64,000 nucleotides of DNA. It comes from Spirochaetia bacterium. Lineage in GTDB: Bacteria > Spirochaetota > Spirochaetia > SZUA-6 > Bin103. The position numbers were made by a program, and so were the translations under genes. Positions within the stretch are counted from its first letter, which is position 1; each line of letters begins with the position of its first letter. A model generated the notes under the pieces. It worked only from the letters and a program-made list of their open reading frames with translations, did not search any database and was not told the origin of the DNA. Shown in pieces: positions 47,554 to 58,372 of this stretch. The stretch covers positions 5,856,001 to 5,920,000 of the forward strand of contig CBDBDQ010000005.1 in NCBI GenBank assembly GCA_965203905.1, read 5' to 3'.

Positions 47554-48908
47554 CTTCCCGCGGGCGGGTGCGGCGGGTGCGTGCGGCCGATCCCGATCGC
47601 TTCTTCAAGGAGAGAGCGCAAGCTGGCCACAGCGTAGAGCGGGACTGAAACTACAGGCCCGTCACGACGATAGCCACCGGAGTAGACGCGCAACGCCAAC
47701 GGCGGCCGATAACGCTCGACGAACGCCGCCAGGCTGCGTAGGCGGCCCACCTTGCCTGACTTGACCTCGACCGGGATCACGCGACCCGCGGCCGCCGTGA
47801 GGTAGTCGACCTCGGCGCTGCTGGAGCTTCTGTGCCGGTGCCAGTAGAACAGCTCCGGCCGTTCGTATGGGCTCCGATGCGCCAGCAGTTCCTGCCCCAC
47901 GAACTGCTCGGCAACCGCGCCGTCGTTGATGCGCATGGGATCGCCGTGCAGGAGCTGCTCGGTTGCCCCGCACAGGTTCTGCATCAGACCGACGTCGACC
48001 ATGACGAGCTTGTAGTGGCGGTCGTCCGCCTCCGCGCCCAGGGGCAGTCCGGCTCCCGAAGTCGAGCAGACGCGGTGCACGATCCCCGCCCGCTGCAACA
48101 GCTCCACCGCCGCGCGCAGATCGCGTGAGCGGCTGTCCGGGTCGACCTTCGAATACATGAACTTGCGCCCGACCAGGCGCGCCGCGTGCAGGAACACCCG
48201 GTCCAGGTGATGGTGGCTGGAGGCCCGTGCGTACTTGCCGAAGTCGTCACGAAGGGTCTGGGTGATGGCGGTCTGAAGCCGGCTGGCGCGAGCCACGCTG
48301 CCGCTCTCCAGGTACTCCGCGACCACGGCCGGCATGCCGCCGAGCAGCAGGTAGGTCCGCAGCAAAGACACCAAGTGCTCGTGGACGGCGCTGGTCGGGG
48401 TGACGGTGCCCACTCTGGACGCCCGCAACGCGGGCTCCTCGCCAACCGCCGTCAAGAACTCCGCGAACGACAGCGGAAACATGAACAGGGGTTGGATGCG
48501 GCCCACCGGAATGCGCAACCGCTCCGCCTCCAGGGCGAATTCGAGGAGCGATCCCGCACCGATCACGTGCAGGTCGGGTACCTGCTCGTAGAAGTAGCGC
48601 AACGCCATGACGGCGGCCGGGCACTCCTGGATCTCGTCGATGAACAGCAGCGTGCGACCGGGATCGACCCGCGTTCCTCGGAGAATCCCGATCTGGTCGA
48701 GAATCGCGCGCGGTTCCAGAGTGTCGAAGCAGCGCCGGTAGCGAGGCTGCTGCTCCAGGTTGATCGAGGCGACATCGGAGAAGCTCCGTTCGCCCAGCGC
48801 CGTAACCGCGTAGGTCTTGCCGACCTGGCGGGCGCCGCGGATCAGCAGGGGCAGCCGGCGGCTGTCCCGCGCCCAGGCGTCCAGCACGTCGTCCACCAGT
48901 CTCTTCAC
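47550..48908 (-). CDS. AAA_14 ATPase with DUF4143/PD-(D/E)XK C-terminus
   Basis: GARQVGKT, LFIDEIQ, GGMPAVV, DVGL, EVD...PVEVK. Confidence 0.9.
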   Translation of the reverse strand: MKRLVDDVLDAWARDSRRLPLLIRGARQVGKTYAVTALGERSFSDVASINLEQQPRYRRCFDTLEPRAILDQIGILRGTRVDPGRTLLFIDEIQECPAAVMALRYFYEQVPDLHVIGAGSLLEFALEAERLRIPVGRIQPLFMFPLSFAEFLTAVGEEPALRASRVGTVTPTSAVHEHLVSLLRTYLLLGGMPAVVAEYLESGSVARASRLQTAITQTLRDDFGKYARASSHHHLDRVFLHAARLVGRKFMYSKVDPDSRSRDLRAAVELLQRAGIVHRVCSTSGAGLPLGAEADDRHYKLVMVDVGLMQNLCGATEQLLHGDPMRINDGAVAEQFVGQELLAHRSPYERPELFYWHRHRSSSSAEVDYLTAAAGRVIPVEVKSGKVGRLRSLAAFVERYRPPLALRVYSGGYRRDGPVVSVPLYAVASLRSLLEEAIGIGRTHPPHPPAGS

Positions 48909-49216
48909 AACTCCTCCAAGGTGATGCTCCGTACGCGCGTCGGTAGTGCCGACTCACCATACGACAGGTATCGGTAAAAAACAAGGGTAATAAACACCGA
49001 CTAATGGCTATATTACACCCATAAATTAACCAATCACGGATGATAGCGACGATTTGCCGCAGATCCACGACGGACAGTGTGGGCAAGTGGGCGGGGTTAT
49101 GGCAGACTCGCTCGAAGGAGTCCTGCACCCATGCCGGTTTGTTTCTTGAGCTCCACCAGACTTGCCACACGGGCAGGAGCGGCTGCGCCGCGCGCCGCTG
49201 GCGCAGGTGCGGTCGG

Positions 49217-50257
49217 ATGAGCGCCAGCCCGCCGGCGGAGCCGGCCGATCCTGCCGTGCGGTCGGTGATTTGCGTGCACCGGCAGTTCGAACGCAGTTGG
49301 CCCTACACCGCCGATCACTGGCAGGACCGCTGGCGACAGAGCGGCGGCTGTGAGCTGATCCGTACCGACGCCGAAGATGCCTCACCGGCGCAGTTGGTGC
49401 ACGACCCGGCTTCGGTACGGCGGCTGGTGCTGCTGGGATTCTCCGTCGGAGCACACGATCTGGACTCCTTCGCAACGCTGGAGGAGTGCTATCTGGACTG
49501 GCACGGAGGCTCGGAGGCGGCGGTCACCGCTGCCAAGGAGCGCGGCGTGAGCTTCATCCCGCACCGCGTCGACGTCTACTGGGGCCAAACCGTCGCCGAG
49601 TACGCCTTGGCAATGACCATCTGCGGGTTGCGCCGGATTCCGCAGAATCACGGCGCCATGCAGACCAGCCTGGCGCCCTGGGACTACTCGCCGGAGGCCA
49701 GCACCATCGGACCGCGCGGGGGCCAGTTCGGAGACGACCCCCGGTTCTGCAACGGCACCGTGGCCGGCAAGCGGGTGCGCGTGGTCGGGGTCGGCAACAT
49801 CGGCGCCCGGTACGCCTCCTGGTGCGCGGCGCTGGGCGCCGAGGTGGCAGTGTGGGACCCGTTTGCGCCCGATGCCTCGTTCGTGGCGGCCGGGGCCGAG
49901 CGCCGGTTTCACGTCGAGGAGCTGGTCGCCGATGCCGAGATCTTCGCGCCGATGGTGCCGCTCACCGATTCGACCCGCGGCCTGATCACCGCGGAGCTGA
50001 TCGACGCGCTGCCGAGATACGGCCTGGTGGTGCAGGTCACGCGTGCCGCCGTGTGCGACACCGAGGCGCTGTACCGGCGGGTGCTGAACGACGAGCTGGC
50101 GCTGGCCGCCGACGTGTTCGAGGAGGAACCGCTGCCGCTCGACTCGCCCCTGCTCGGCCGTCACAACGTGGTGCACACCCCGCACGCCGCCGGGCGCACG
50201 CGGGACGCCAACCATGCCTTCGCCGCCGACGCGATCGCCCGCTTCCGGCCACGCTGA
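49217..50257 (+). CDS. D-isomer 2-hydroxyacid dehydrogenase-like protein
   Basis: TVAEYAL, VGVGNIG, PLTDSTRGLI, ADVFEEEP, TPHAAG. Confidence 0.85.
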   Translation: MSASPPAEPADPAVRSVICVHRQFERSWPYTADHWQDRWRQSGGCELIRTDAEDASPAQLVHDPASVRRLVLLGFSVGAHDLDSFATLEECYLDWHGGSEAAVTAAKERGVSFIPHRVDVYWGQTVAEYALAMTICGLRRIPQNHGAMQTSLAPWDYSPEASTIGPRGGQFGDDPRFCNGTVAGKRVRVVGVGNIGARYASWCAALGAEVAVWDPFAPDASFVAAGAERRFHVEELVADAEIFAPMVPLTDSTRGLITAELIDALPRYGLVVQVTRAAVCDTEALYRRVLNDELALAADVFEEEPLPLDSPLLGRHNVVHTPHAAGRTRDANHAFAADAIARFRPR

Positions 50258-50273
50258 GATCGAGGCTCGGCCT

Positions 50274-51695
50274 GTGGACCGCGCTCGCACCCTGGACCGG
50301 CCCAACGTGCTGCTGCTGTACACCGACCAGCAGCGCCGGGACAGCGTCGGCTGCTATGGATCGCCGTTTGCCGCGACGCCGCATCTCGACGCGCTGGCGG
50401 CGGGCGGGCGCCGCTTCGACCGCTGCTACGTGCAGAGCCCGGTGTGCGTGCCGAGCCGCTTCGCGTTCCTCACCGGGCGCTACTGCTCGTCCACCGGCGT
50501 GGGCGGCAACGGTCCCGAGTTCCCGGCCGACCTGACGCCGGTCAACCGGCTGCTGTCGCCCTACGGCTACCACGGCGCCCAGATCGGCAAGCTGCACTTC
50601 GTGCCTCATTCCAACCGCAATCACCGCGATCCGACCCCCAGCTACGGATTCGATACCTGCATCCTGTCGGACGAGCCGGGCTGCTACGACGATGCCTACA
50701 CCCGCTGGGTGGAGCGGGTGGCTCCCGACCAGTTGGGTCGCGTTCGCACCGCGCTGCCCCCGGCGGCAATCGAGGGTCCGCAGGATCTGCCGGACTACCC
50801 TGCGCCCGGCCGCAACACCCACGAGCCCTACCTGTTCGAGGCCGACGAGGACCTGACCCACAGCGCCTTCGTCGCGGCCGAGACCTGCCGCTTCCTGGAA
50901 GGGATCGGAGATGCGCCGTTTCTGGCGATCGCCGGGTTCTACGCCCCGCATCCGCCGATCAATCCGCCGCGGCGCTGGGTCGAACTGCTCGCGGACCGCG
51001 ACCTGCCGCTGCCGCGGATCGGCGCCGGCGAGCCGGTGTCTCCCGCCATCGCCGGGCTGAGCGACGCCGAGCGGCGCCGCATGGTGCACTACTACCACGC
51101 GCTGGTGAGCCACGTGGACGACCAGATCGGCCGCATCCTGGCGACCCTGGAGGCGGCCGGGCTGGCGCGGCGCACCATCGTCATCTTCACCTCCGATCAC
51201 GGGGAGTACCTGGGCGATCACGGCCGCATCCAGAAGGGAATGCCGCACAGCGTGATCACCAACGTGCCCTGCATCGTGCGCCTGCCCGGCGATCCTCGGG
51301 CCGGGGACGTGGTCACGGAGGTGGTGGAGCAGATCGACCTGACGGCGACGATCCTGGACTACTGCGGGGTGCAGGTGCCGCGCTTCGTGCAGGGCTGCTC
51401 GCTGCGGCCGCTGCTGGACGGCAGCGGCGAGTGGCACAAGGGTTCCGCCCTTACCGAGGCGTTCTCGGAGTACGGCGCTGCCGGCAGCGTCACGCTGCAG
51501 ACGGCCCGCTACCTGTACGGCTGCGACACGCGCGGCCGCGAGCTGCTGTACGACAAGCGGGAGGATCCGGCCGAGCTGTGCGACGTGGTCTCCGACGGAA
51601 GCTACGCGCCGGTACGCGACGAGTTGCGGCACCAGCTCAACGTGCGCCTGCAGCAGGCGCGCTTCAGTGCCCGGCCACGGGTGGCGCGCTACTGA
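50274..51695 (+). CDS. Sulfatase (formylglycine-dependent)
   Basis: PNVLLLYTDQQR, CVPSR...LTG, GKLH, SDHG. Confidence 0.9.
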   Translation: MDRARTLDRPNVLLLYTDQQRRDSVGCYGSPFAATPHLDALAAGGRRFDRCYVQSPVCVPSRFAFLTGRYCSSTGVGGNGPEFPADLTPVNRLLSPYGYHGAQIGKLHFVPHSNRNHRDPTPSYGFDTCILSDEPGCYDDAYTRWVERVAPDQLGRVRTALPPAAIEGPQDLPDYPAPGRNTHEPYLFEADEDLTHSAFVAAETCRFLEGIGDAPFLAIAGFYAPHPPINPPRRWVELLADRDLPLPRIGAGEPVSPAIAGLSDAERRRMVHYYHALVSHVDDQIGRILATLEAAGLARRTIVIFTSDHGEYLGDHGRIQKGMPHSVITNVPCIVRLPGDPRAGDVVTEVVEQIDLTATILDYCGVQVPRFVQGCSLRPLLDGSGEWHKGSALTEAFSEYGAAGSVTLQTARYLYGCDTRGRELLYDKREDPAELCDVVSDGSYAPVRDELRHQLNVRLQQARFSARPRVARY

Positions 51696-51696
51696 G

Positions 51697-52101
51697 TCAG
51701 GAGCGCAGCCCGCTCCACGGGGACTGCTCGTGGACTTCTTCCAGCTCGTAACCCTCGGCGCCGACGCAGGGGGCGAGAATGGCCAGCACCTTGGCCGGCG
51801 CCGCGGAAACGTTGAAGGAGGCGTGCACCATGGCGGCGGGGATGAAGGCTGAATCGCCGGCGCGCAGGGTGCGCCGGTTGCGGTCCACCCACTGCTCGAT
51901 CTCGCCGTCGAGCACGTAGATCACCTCTTCCTGGTTGGGGTGGCGGTGAAAGTTGTGGCCGCCGCCGGGGTCGAGCTTCACCTCGATCACCACCAGCTGC
52001 TCGGCGGCCGTGGTCTCCGGACGGCTGTGCCAGCCGAGCTCGAACCCCTCCATCGCATCGCGCTCCACCTCGTCGCGCGCAAAGAACCGACCCTGACTCA
52101 T
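51697..52101 (-). CDS. Cupin domain protein
   Basis: HNFHRHPNQEEVIYVLDG...GDSAFIPAAMVH. Confidence 0.88.
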   Translation of the reverse strand: MSQGRFFARDEVERDAMEGFELGWHSRPETTAAEQLVVIEVKLDPGGGHNFHRHPNQEEVIYVLDGEIEQWVDRNRRTLRAGDSAFIPAAMVHASFNVSAAPAKVLAILAPCVGAEGYELEEVHEQSPWSGLRS

Positions 52102-52146
52102 GCCCTGACCATAGTGGCAGCCGCGCCGCGTGTCGACCCGGCCGCG

Positions 52147-53859
52147 TCAGCCTGCGCGACGGCCCTGGAGTGCCTGCCGGCGGCGCGCGGTGGCGGCGGC
52201 GTCGACCTCGCCGGTCGCGGCATCGAGCACAACGCCGTAGTGCCGTGCCGCGGCCGGCGCGGAGACGTACCCCTGGCGCACGTCTTCCGCCACCGCCGCC
52301 GGATCGCGCCGTTCCGGGGGATGGAAACCGCCGCCGCCGGGGAGGCGCAGGATGAAGCGTTCTCCCGGTTGCAGGGTGTAGCGGAGCTTGGGGTGCAGCG
52401 CGCGGCCGTCGCTGTGCAGGACCGCGCCCGCGGTTCCGGACCGGCCGCCGGCGAGGCCGCGTGCCGCGACCCGGGTGCGGTCGTACATCGGGGAATGCAC
52501 GGCGGGATGGCCGGTGACGACCTCCAGCTCCATCTCCTGGCCCAGTCCGCCGCGAAAGCGGCCCGGCCCGCCGGAGTCGGTCAGCAGCGCGCGCCGGTGC
52601 ATCAGTACCGGTGCGACCGCCTCGATCGCCTCCGCCGGCACCCCGGTGATGCCGCTCGGGAACGCGGTGGCCGAGAGGCCGTCGCGGTCGGCGCCGGCGC
52701 CCATGCCGCCGGCGGAGAAGAAGATGTAGGCGAACACCTCGCCCTGGTCTCCGGAGCGGCCTTCCAGCATGGTGTTCCACAGCCCGGCCGAGCCCTCCGC
52801 GATCACCCGCTCGGGCACCGCCTGCGCCAGCGCCGCCAGGATCGGCTGCGACACGAAGTGCCCGATCAGGTGGCGCGCGCCGACCGCCGCGGGACGCAGA
52901 CAGTTGAGGATCGAGCCTCGCGGCGCGGTTACGGTGAGCGGCCGGAACGAGCCTTCGTTGTTGGGCACCGTCGGTGCGACCACCGCCATCGTCGTGTAGG
53001 TGGAGTACGCCTGCGTGTAGTTCAGCACCACGTTGATGCCGCGCTCCACCTGTGGCGAGCTGCCGGCGTAGTCGATGGCGATGGCGTCGCCCGCCACCCG
53101 CAGGCTGCAGTTGATCTGCAGCGGGTCGTCGAACCCGTCGATGGTCACCGCGCTGCGGTAGGTGCCGTCGGGAATCTCCCGGATCGCCGCCCGCACCGCG
53201 TCCTCGGTACGCTGCAGGAGCAACGGGCCGAGCGTCTCCAGGTCGGGCAGCCGGTACTCGTCCAGCATCTCGACGAGCTTGCGCGCACCGACCACGTTGC
53301 CGGCCTGCTGCGCGTACAGGTCGCCGATCACCATCTCCGGTACCCGCACGTTGGCGCGGATGATCTGCAGCAGCTCGCGGTTGGGCTCGCCGCGGCGGAA
53401 CAGTTTCAGCAGCGGGATGGCGAGCCCTTCCTCGAACACCTCGCGGGCGTCCGCGCCCATGGTCAGCCCGCCGATGTCGGTGGCGTGACAGGTGCTCGCG
53501 AACCAGCCGACGCCACGGCCGCGATGAAACACGGGAGTGACCACGGTCAGATCGAACAGGTGGCCGGCGGAGGCCCACGGATCGTTGGTGACCAGGGTAT
53601 CGCCAGGCTGCAGCGACGCCAGCGGATGGCGCGGCACCACGTAGTCGCGCACGCAGTTGGCCATGGTGTTGATGTGGCCGGGGGTGCCGGTGACGGCCTG
53701 CGCCAACATCCGGCCCTGGGCGTCGAATACCCCGGCCGAGAGGTCGCCCGCCTCGCGCACCACGGTGGTGAACGAGGCATGCATCAGCGCCGCGGCCTGC
53801 TCGTCCACGATCGAGATCAGCCGATTGCGCAGCACCTCCAGGAGAATCGGATCGATCAT
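52147..53859 (-). CDS. Hydantoinase B/oxoprolinase family protein
   Basis: SIVDEQ, TNDPW..GHLFD, HATDIGG, DSGGPGRFRGG, PGGGG. Confidence 0.9.
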   Translation of the reverse strand: MIDPILLEVLRNRLISIVDEQAAALMHASFTTVVREAGDLSAGVFDAQGRMLAQAVTGTPGHINTMANCVRDYVVPRHPLASLQPGDTLVTNDPWASAGHLFDLTVVTPVFHRGRGVGWFASTCHATDIGGLTMGADAREVFEEGLAIPLLKLFRRGEPNRELLQIIRANVRVPEMVIGDLYAQQAGNVVGARKLVEMLDEYRLPDLETLGPLLLQRTEDAVRAAIREIPDGTYRSAVTIDGFDDPLQINCSLRVAGDAIAIDYAGSSPQVERGINVVLNYTQAYSTYTTMAVVAPTVPNNEGSFRPLTVTAPRGSILNCLRPAAVGARHLIGHFVSQPILAALAQAVPERVIAEGSAGLWNTMLEGRSGDQGEVFAYIFFSAGGMGAGADRDGLSATAFPSGITGVPAEAIEAVAPVLMHRRALLTDSGGPGRFRGGLGQEMELEVVTGHPAVHSPMYDRTRVAARGLAGGRSGTAGAVLHSDGRALHPKLRYTLQPGERFILRLPGGGGFHPPERRDPAAVAEDVRQGYVSAPAAARHYGVVLDAATGEVDAAATARRRQALQGRRAG

Positions 53860-56024
53860 GCGCCGCCTCCCGCCGCCGTGAAGCTCAGCAGCAGGCAGCC
53901 GGCCGCGCCCACGGCGGCGCTCCAGCCCGGCGGCACCACCGTGGTGGATTCCGCCTCCTCGATGATGGCCGGTCCCGCGGCGCCGAAGTCCGCGGCCAGC
54001 AGGTGACGCTGGTATACCGGCGTGCGCAGGAACCCGGCGGCGCCGTCGAACAGCGCGTCGCGAAACTCGAGCCCTGCTCCCGGGTGCGCCTCCGCGGCAG
54101 CGCGGTCAGGTCGGCCTGCTGCCGGGCCGGTTCCGGCGGCCACCGCGTCACCCCGCTGCAGCAGCCGCGCCGGGAGCCGCCCGTGGTCAGGGCGCGGCCC
54201 GGCCACCGAGACGCGCCAGTTCACCACCTCCAGCGGCACGCCCTCGCTGGTCTGGCCGTAGAAGCGCGCGTACTCGCGCTCGAAGCGGCGCTGCACTTCG
54301 TTCAGCAGGGCGCGGTCCGGCATGCCGGACGGCACCGGCACGCGGATCTCGTACCCCTGCCCCACGTAGCGGAGGTCGGCGGAGCGATGCACGGTCATCG
54401 CCTCCTCGGCCACGCCGGCCGCCGCGACGCGATCGCGTCCCTCCCGCTCCATCTCCCTTAGCATGGCGCCCAGAGCCGGCAGGTCGACCCGTTCGAGACG
54501 CGCCAGGTGACTACGCGTCAGGTCGAAAGCGATCGGCGCCAGCAGCAGACCGAAGGCCGATCCAACCCCCGCCAGCGGGGGAATGACCACGCTGTCCAGT
54601 CCCAGGCGGCGCGCCACGCCGCAGGCGTGCACCGGCCCGGCGCCGCCGGTCGCCACCAGGGCATGGCGCCGGGTGTCGAGGCCGCGCTCGGCGGCATGCA
54701 CCCGCGCGGCGGCCGCCATGTTCTCGTTGACCAGTTCATGGATGCCCCAGGCCACCCGCACCGGGTCCATGCGCAGCGCCGCGGCCAGCTCGCCATGGGC
54801 CGCCCGGGCGGCGGCCAGGTCCAGCGTGATCGTGCCCCCGGCGAAGCTCAGCGGATCGAGGTAGCCGAGGAGCAGGTCGGCGTCGGTCACCGTCGGCTCC
54901 CGGCCGCCGCGGCCGTAGCACGCAGGACCCGGCTCCGCACCTGCGCTGTCGGGGCCCACCGTCGGGAGCCCGAGCGGCCCGAGGCGGGCAATGCTGCCGC
55001 CACCGGCGCCGATCTCGATCATCTGCACGGCGGGCACCAGCAGCGGCAGTCCGCTGCCGCGCTTGAAGCGGTGCACCCGTGCCACTTCCGACTCCACGGT
55101 CACCGCAAGCTCGCCGCGGGCGGCGAATACGGCCTTGGCGGTGGTGCCTCCCATGTCGAAGGCGAGCACGTCGTCGTGCCCGCAGCGGCGGCCCCAGAAG
55201 GCGCCGGCCAGGGCGCCGCCGGCGGGTCCGGACTCGACCAGGCGAATGGGGAAATCCGCGGCGGTGTCCACGGTCGCGGTGCCGCCGTTGGAGAGCATGA
55301 TGTGCAACGGCGCGCCGATGCCGGCCGCGCCGAGCCCTTCCTGCAGCCGGCGCAGGTAGCCGGCTGCCAGCGGCTGCACGTAGGCATTGGCGACCGCGGT
55401 GGAGGTGCGTTGGTACTCGCGCAGGGCCGGGGCCACGCGGTGCGAAAGGGTCACCGGCAGATCGGGCAGCCGCTCCCGCAGCACCTCGGCGGTGGCGGCC
55501 TCGTGCGCCGGGTTGGCATAGGAGTGCAGGAAGCACACCGCCACCGCCTCGATCGCCCGCTCCCGCAGCACGGCGCAGATTCGTTTCAGGGCACCGGTTT
55601 CCAGCGGCCGGAGCACGGCCCCAGCGGCGTTCATCCGCTCCGGCACCTCCAGGCGCAGACGCCGCTCCACCAGTGGTGCGGGCTTCACCAGGCCCAGGTC
55701 GTAGATGTCGTAGCGGCCTTCGGTGCCGATCTCCAGGGCATCACGGAACCCCGCGGTGGTCAGCAACGCGGTGCGCGCGCCGCGCCGCTCGATCAGGGCA
55801 TTGGTCACCAGGGTGGTGCCGTGAATGACGCGGGCCACCGTTTCCGGCGCAACCCCGGCCTGCGCCAGCAGCGCACGGGTCCCCTGCAGTACGCCGAGTG
55901 CGGGGTCCGCGGTAGTGAGCACCTTGCCGGCGTGAGACCGCTGGCTGGTGAGATCGAGGAGCAGCAGATCGGTAAAGGTGCCGCCGATGTCGACGGCCAA
56001 CAGCGAGCCCGGTTGGTTGGTCAA
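53856..56024 (-). CDS. Hydantoinase A/oxoprolinase family protein
   Basis: VDIGGTFTD, HGTT, ESGPAGG, DMGGTT, GAGGGS, GPACYGRGG; likely start TTG 56024. Confidence 0.9.
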   Translation of the reverse strand: MTNQPGSLLAVDIGGTFTDLLLLDLTSQRSHAGKVLTTADPALGVLQGTRALLAQAGVAPETVARVIHGTTLVTNALIERRGARTALLTTAGFRDALEIGTEGRYDIYDLGLVKPAPLVERRLRLEVPERMNAAGAVLRPLETGALKRICAVLRERAIEAVAVCFLHSYANPAHEAATAEVLRERLPDLPVTLSHRVAPALREYQRTSTAVANAYVQPLAAGYLRRLQEGLGAAGIGAPLHIMLSNGGTATVDTAADFPIRLVESGPAGGALAGAFWGRRCGHDDVLAFDMGGTTAKAVFAARGELAVTVESEVARVHRFKRGSGLPLLVPAVQMIEIGAGGGSIARLGPLGLPTVGPDSAGAEPGPACYGRGGREPTVTDADLLLGYLDPLSFAGGTITLDLAAARAAHGELAAALRMDPVRVAWGIHELVNENMAAAARVHAAERGLDTRRHALVATGGAGPVHACGVARRLGLDSVVIPPLAGVGSAFGLLLAPIAFDLTRSHLARLERVDLPALGAMLREMEREGRDRVAAAGVAEEAMTVHRSADLRYVGQGYEIRVPVPSGMPDRALLNEVQRRFEREYARFYGQTSEGVPLEVVNWRVSVAGPRPDHGRLPARLLQRGDAVAAGTGPAAGRPDRAAAEAHPGAGLEFRDALFDGAAGFLRTPVYQRHLLAADFGAAGPAIIEEAESTTVVPPGWSAAVGAAGCLLLSFTAAGGGA

Positions 56025-56270
56025 GGCAGTTTCCGGCAGCGGCTGGGAGTGAGCGGCCAAAATGATGCATCCTGGCACCACCATAGTGGATCACCCAGCA
56101 CAGGATTTCAGGACCCACAGGGTCCTCGGACAGCGAGCGGGCGCGCAAGTCCCGCGACAGCCGCGGAAACGCGTCGGCTTTGGCCATCGCGGGGACTGTA
56201 CGTGGGCGGCAAGCCGGGACGCAAGGTTGCCGCAACGGCGGCCGCGGCACGCCGCACACGGCAGGTAGCG

Positions 56271-57506
56271 GTGTACCGCGGCTATCCCATCGCGGTGGTG
56301 GTCTTCCTCTCCACCGGGCTCACCATCGGTACCAGCCAGTACGCCTTCGGCGAATTCGCCGCTCCTCTGCGCGACCACTTCGGCTGGAGCCAGACCGAGC
56401 TCAACCTGTCGCTCACCCTGGCGGTGATCTCCGGTGTGCTGGCGCCGCTGATCGGGCGCGCCGCGGACCGCTGGGGCGCGCGTCCGGTGACCGTGATCTC
56501 GCTGCTCCTGGTGGCGGCCGGCTTCCTGCTGCGGCCCCTGATCGACTCGCTGTGGCACTGGTACCTGTTCAGCGCCCTGGTGTACGCCGGCTTTCCCGGC
56601 GCCACCACGTTGCCCGCCGGCAAGCTGGTGGGGTTGTGGTTCCCCGCCACCCGCGGCCGGGTGATGGGGGCGGTGACCGCCGGCAACAACGCCGGCGGCC
56701 TGACCATGCCGCCGCTGGCGGCGGCGATGATCGCGCTCGGCGGCTGGCAGTGGGGATTCCTGGCGTTCGGCGGTGTGCTGCTGCTGCTGGCGCTGGTCGC
56801 CATGGTCATCATTCGCGAGGACGAGACCCTGGTGGCGCGGGAGATGCGTGCGACCGGACGCTCGGGCTCGGTGCATGCCTCGCGCCAGCTCACGCGCAGC
56901 GGCGTGACCCTGCGCCAGGCGCTGCGCAGCCGCCGCTTCTGGTTCCTGCTGTGCGGACTGTTCGGCGCCACCTTCACCTACCAGGGGGTATTGACGCAAC
57001 TCCGCCAGCACTTTGCCGAGCACGGCTTCGCCCCCGCACTCGCCACCACCGGCCTTGCGGTGATCGCGGCCATGGGAATCGGCTCGAAGCTCGCCTTCGG
57101 TCGCGCCAGCGAGCGCTGGAGCGCGCGCCGTGCCTGCGTGGTGAGCGTGGCCTTTCAGACCGTGGGGCTGGTGATCATGGCGCTGGCCGACAGCGTTCCG
57201 CTGATGTGGTGCGGCATCATCGTGTACGGGCTCGGGTTCGGCGGCCTGGGCGCGTTGCTGGCGCTGGTGGTGCAGGAGGCGTTCGGCATGAAGGCGTTCG
57301 GCAGCATCCTCGGCGTGCTGCAAATGGCGATGATCGGCTCCATGGCGGGCGCCCCGGTCCTGGCCGGGGCGATCCACGACCGGACCGGTTCTTTCTCCGG
57401 CGCCTTTCTGATCATTGCCGGCATCTTCGTCGCCGCCATCGTCTCCCTGCTGGCGGCCGGCGACGACACGGCGGCCGAGTCAGAGGGAGGGCTGAACCGA
57501 AAGTGA
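56271..57506 (+). CDS. MFS transporter
   Basis: About 12 hydrophobic segments; GRAADRWGAR, WFPATRG, GRASERW. Confidence 0.85.
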   Translation: MYRGYPIAVVVFLSTGLTIGTSQYAFGEFAAPLRDHFGWSQTELNLSLTLAVISGVLAPLIGRAADRWGARPVTVISLLLVAAGFLLRPLIDSLWHWYLFSALVYAGFPGATTLPAGKLVGLWFPATRGRVMGAVTAGNNAGGLTMPPLAAAMIALGGWQWGFLAFGGVLLLLALVAMVIIREDETLVAREMRATGRSGSVHASRQLTRSGVTLRQALRSRRFWFLLCGLFGATFTYQGVLTQLRQHFAEHGFAPALATTGLAVIAAMGIGSKLAFGRASERWSARRACVVSVAFQTVGLVIMALADSVPLMWCGIIVYGLGFGGLGALLALVVQEAFGMKAFGSILGVLQMAMIGSMAGAPVLAGAIHDRTGSFSGAFLIIAGIFVAAIVSLLAAGDDTAAESEGGLNRK

Positions 57507-57549
57507 GCAACCGCTTTGCAGTTCGACGGGAGCGTGGTATGGGTGAGGC

Positions 57550-58350
57550 ATGCATCCGTTTACCCAGCTCTCCCTGCCCGCGGGGGCAGCCGCCGTGCAC
57601 TGGTTCGAGCAGGCCAGCTTCGCCCTGACCGACGCACCGGGCACGCTGCTCCTGGTCGACCCGTACGCTCCGCACGAGCGGCCCGCCGAGCGCTTCATCC
57701 ACGCCCGTCCACCGCTGGACGAGACGGAGTGGCCGCCCAACTTCGTGCTGTTCACCCACGCCCACGACGACCATACCAACTCGGAGACGGTAGCCCGCAT
57801 TCACGCGGCGGCGCCGCGGGCGCGCTATCTCGGCCCGCGGGAGTCGATCGACCAGGTAACAGCCGAGACCGGCGTCGAAGCCGGGCAATGCACCGCGGTC
57901 GTTCCCGGCCAGCGGGTGGCGGCCGGCACCATGGCGATCAACGTGGTGTACGCCAAGCCGCCGGCCGGCGATCCTGACGCCGGCATCGCGCCGCCCGACA
58001 CCCCGCACTTCGGTTACGTCGTCGAAGCGGGGGCGCTGCGCATTTACCTGAGCGGAGATCCAATCAACAACTTCGCCGACCATGTGGCGCTCACCGATGC
58101 CGTAGCGGAGCTGCGGCCGGACGTCGGCTTCTTCACCAACCACCCCACCGAGGGCGAGTTCCCCTACTTCGCCGGCAGCGCGAAGATGGCGCGGCGCTGC
58201 GGGGTGCGGCTCGCCTGTCCGGCCCACTACCAGTGCTTCGTGGCGCGCAACTACGACCCGGCCGAATGGGCGGCGGCGCTCGCCGCCGAGGGCGTTGCGA
58301 CCCGCATCCTCCCGCGCAACACCCACCACGTGTTCACCGCCGGAAGCTGA
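57550..58350 (+). CDS. MBL-fold metallohydrolase (UlaG-like)
   Basis: VDPY, THAHDDH, YLSGD, PAHY. Confidence 0.85.
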   Translation: MHPFTQLSLPAGAAAVHWFEQASFALTDAPGTLLLVDPYAPHERPAERFIHARPPLDETEWPPNFVLFTHAHDDHTNSETVARIHAAAPRARYLGPRESIDQVTAETGVEAGQCTAVVPGQRVAAGTMAINVVYAKPPAGDPDAGIAPPDTPHFGYVVEAGALRIYLSGDPINNFADHVALTDAVAELRPDVGFFTNHPTEGEFPYFAGSAKMARRCGVRLACPAHYQCFVARNYDPAEWAAALAAEGVATRILPRNTHHVFTAGS

Positions 58351-58372
58351 CCGCGGCCGGGCGCCGGCCCAA

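Noticed and set aside
48909-49216. AT-rich intergenic stretch as an origin or ncRNA
   Set aside because: No DnaA boxes, iterons or recognisable RNA motif; adequately explained as a divergent promoter region.
54507-57506. 999-aa ORF as a giant MFS fusion
   Set aside because: The first ~588 codons lie mostly antisense to hydantoinase A; only 56271-57506 is MFS-like.
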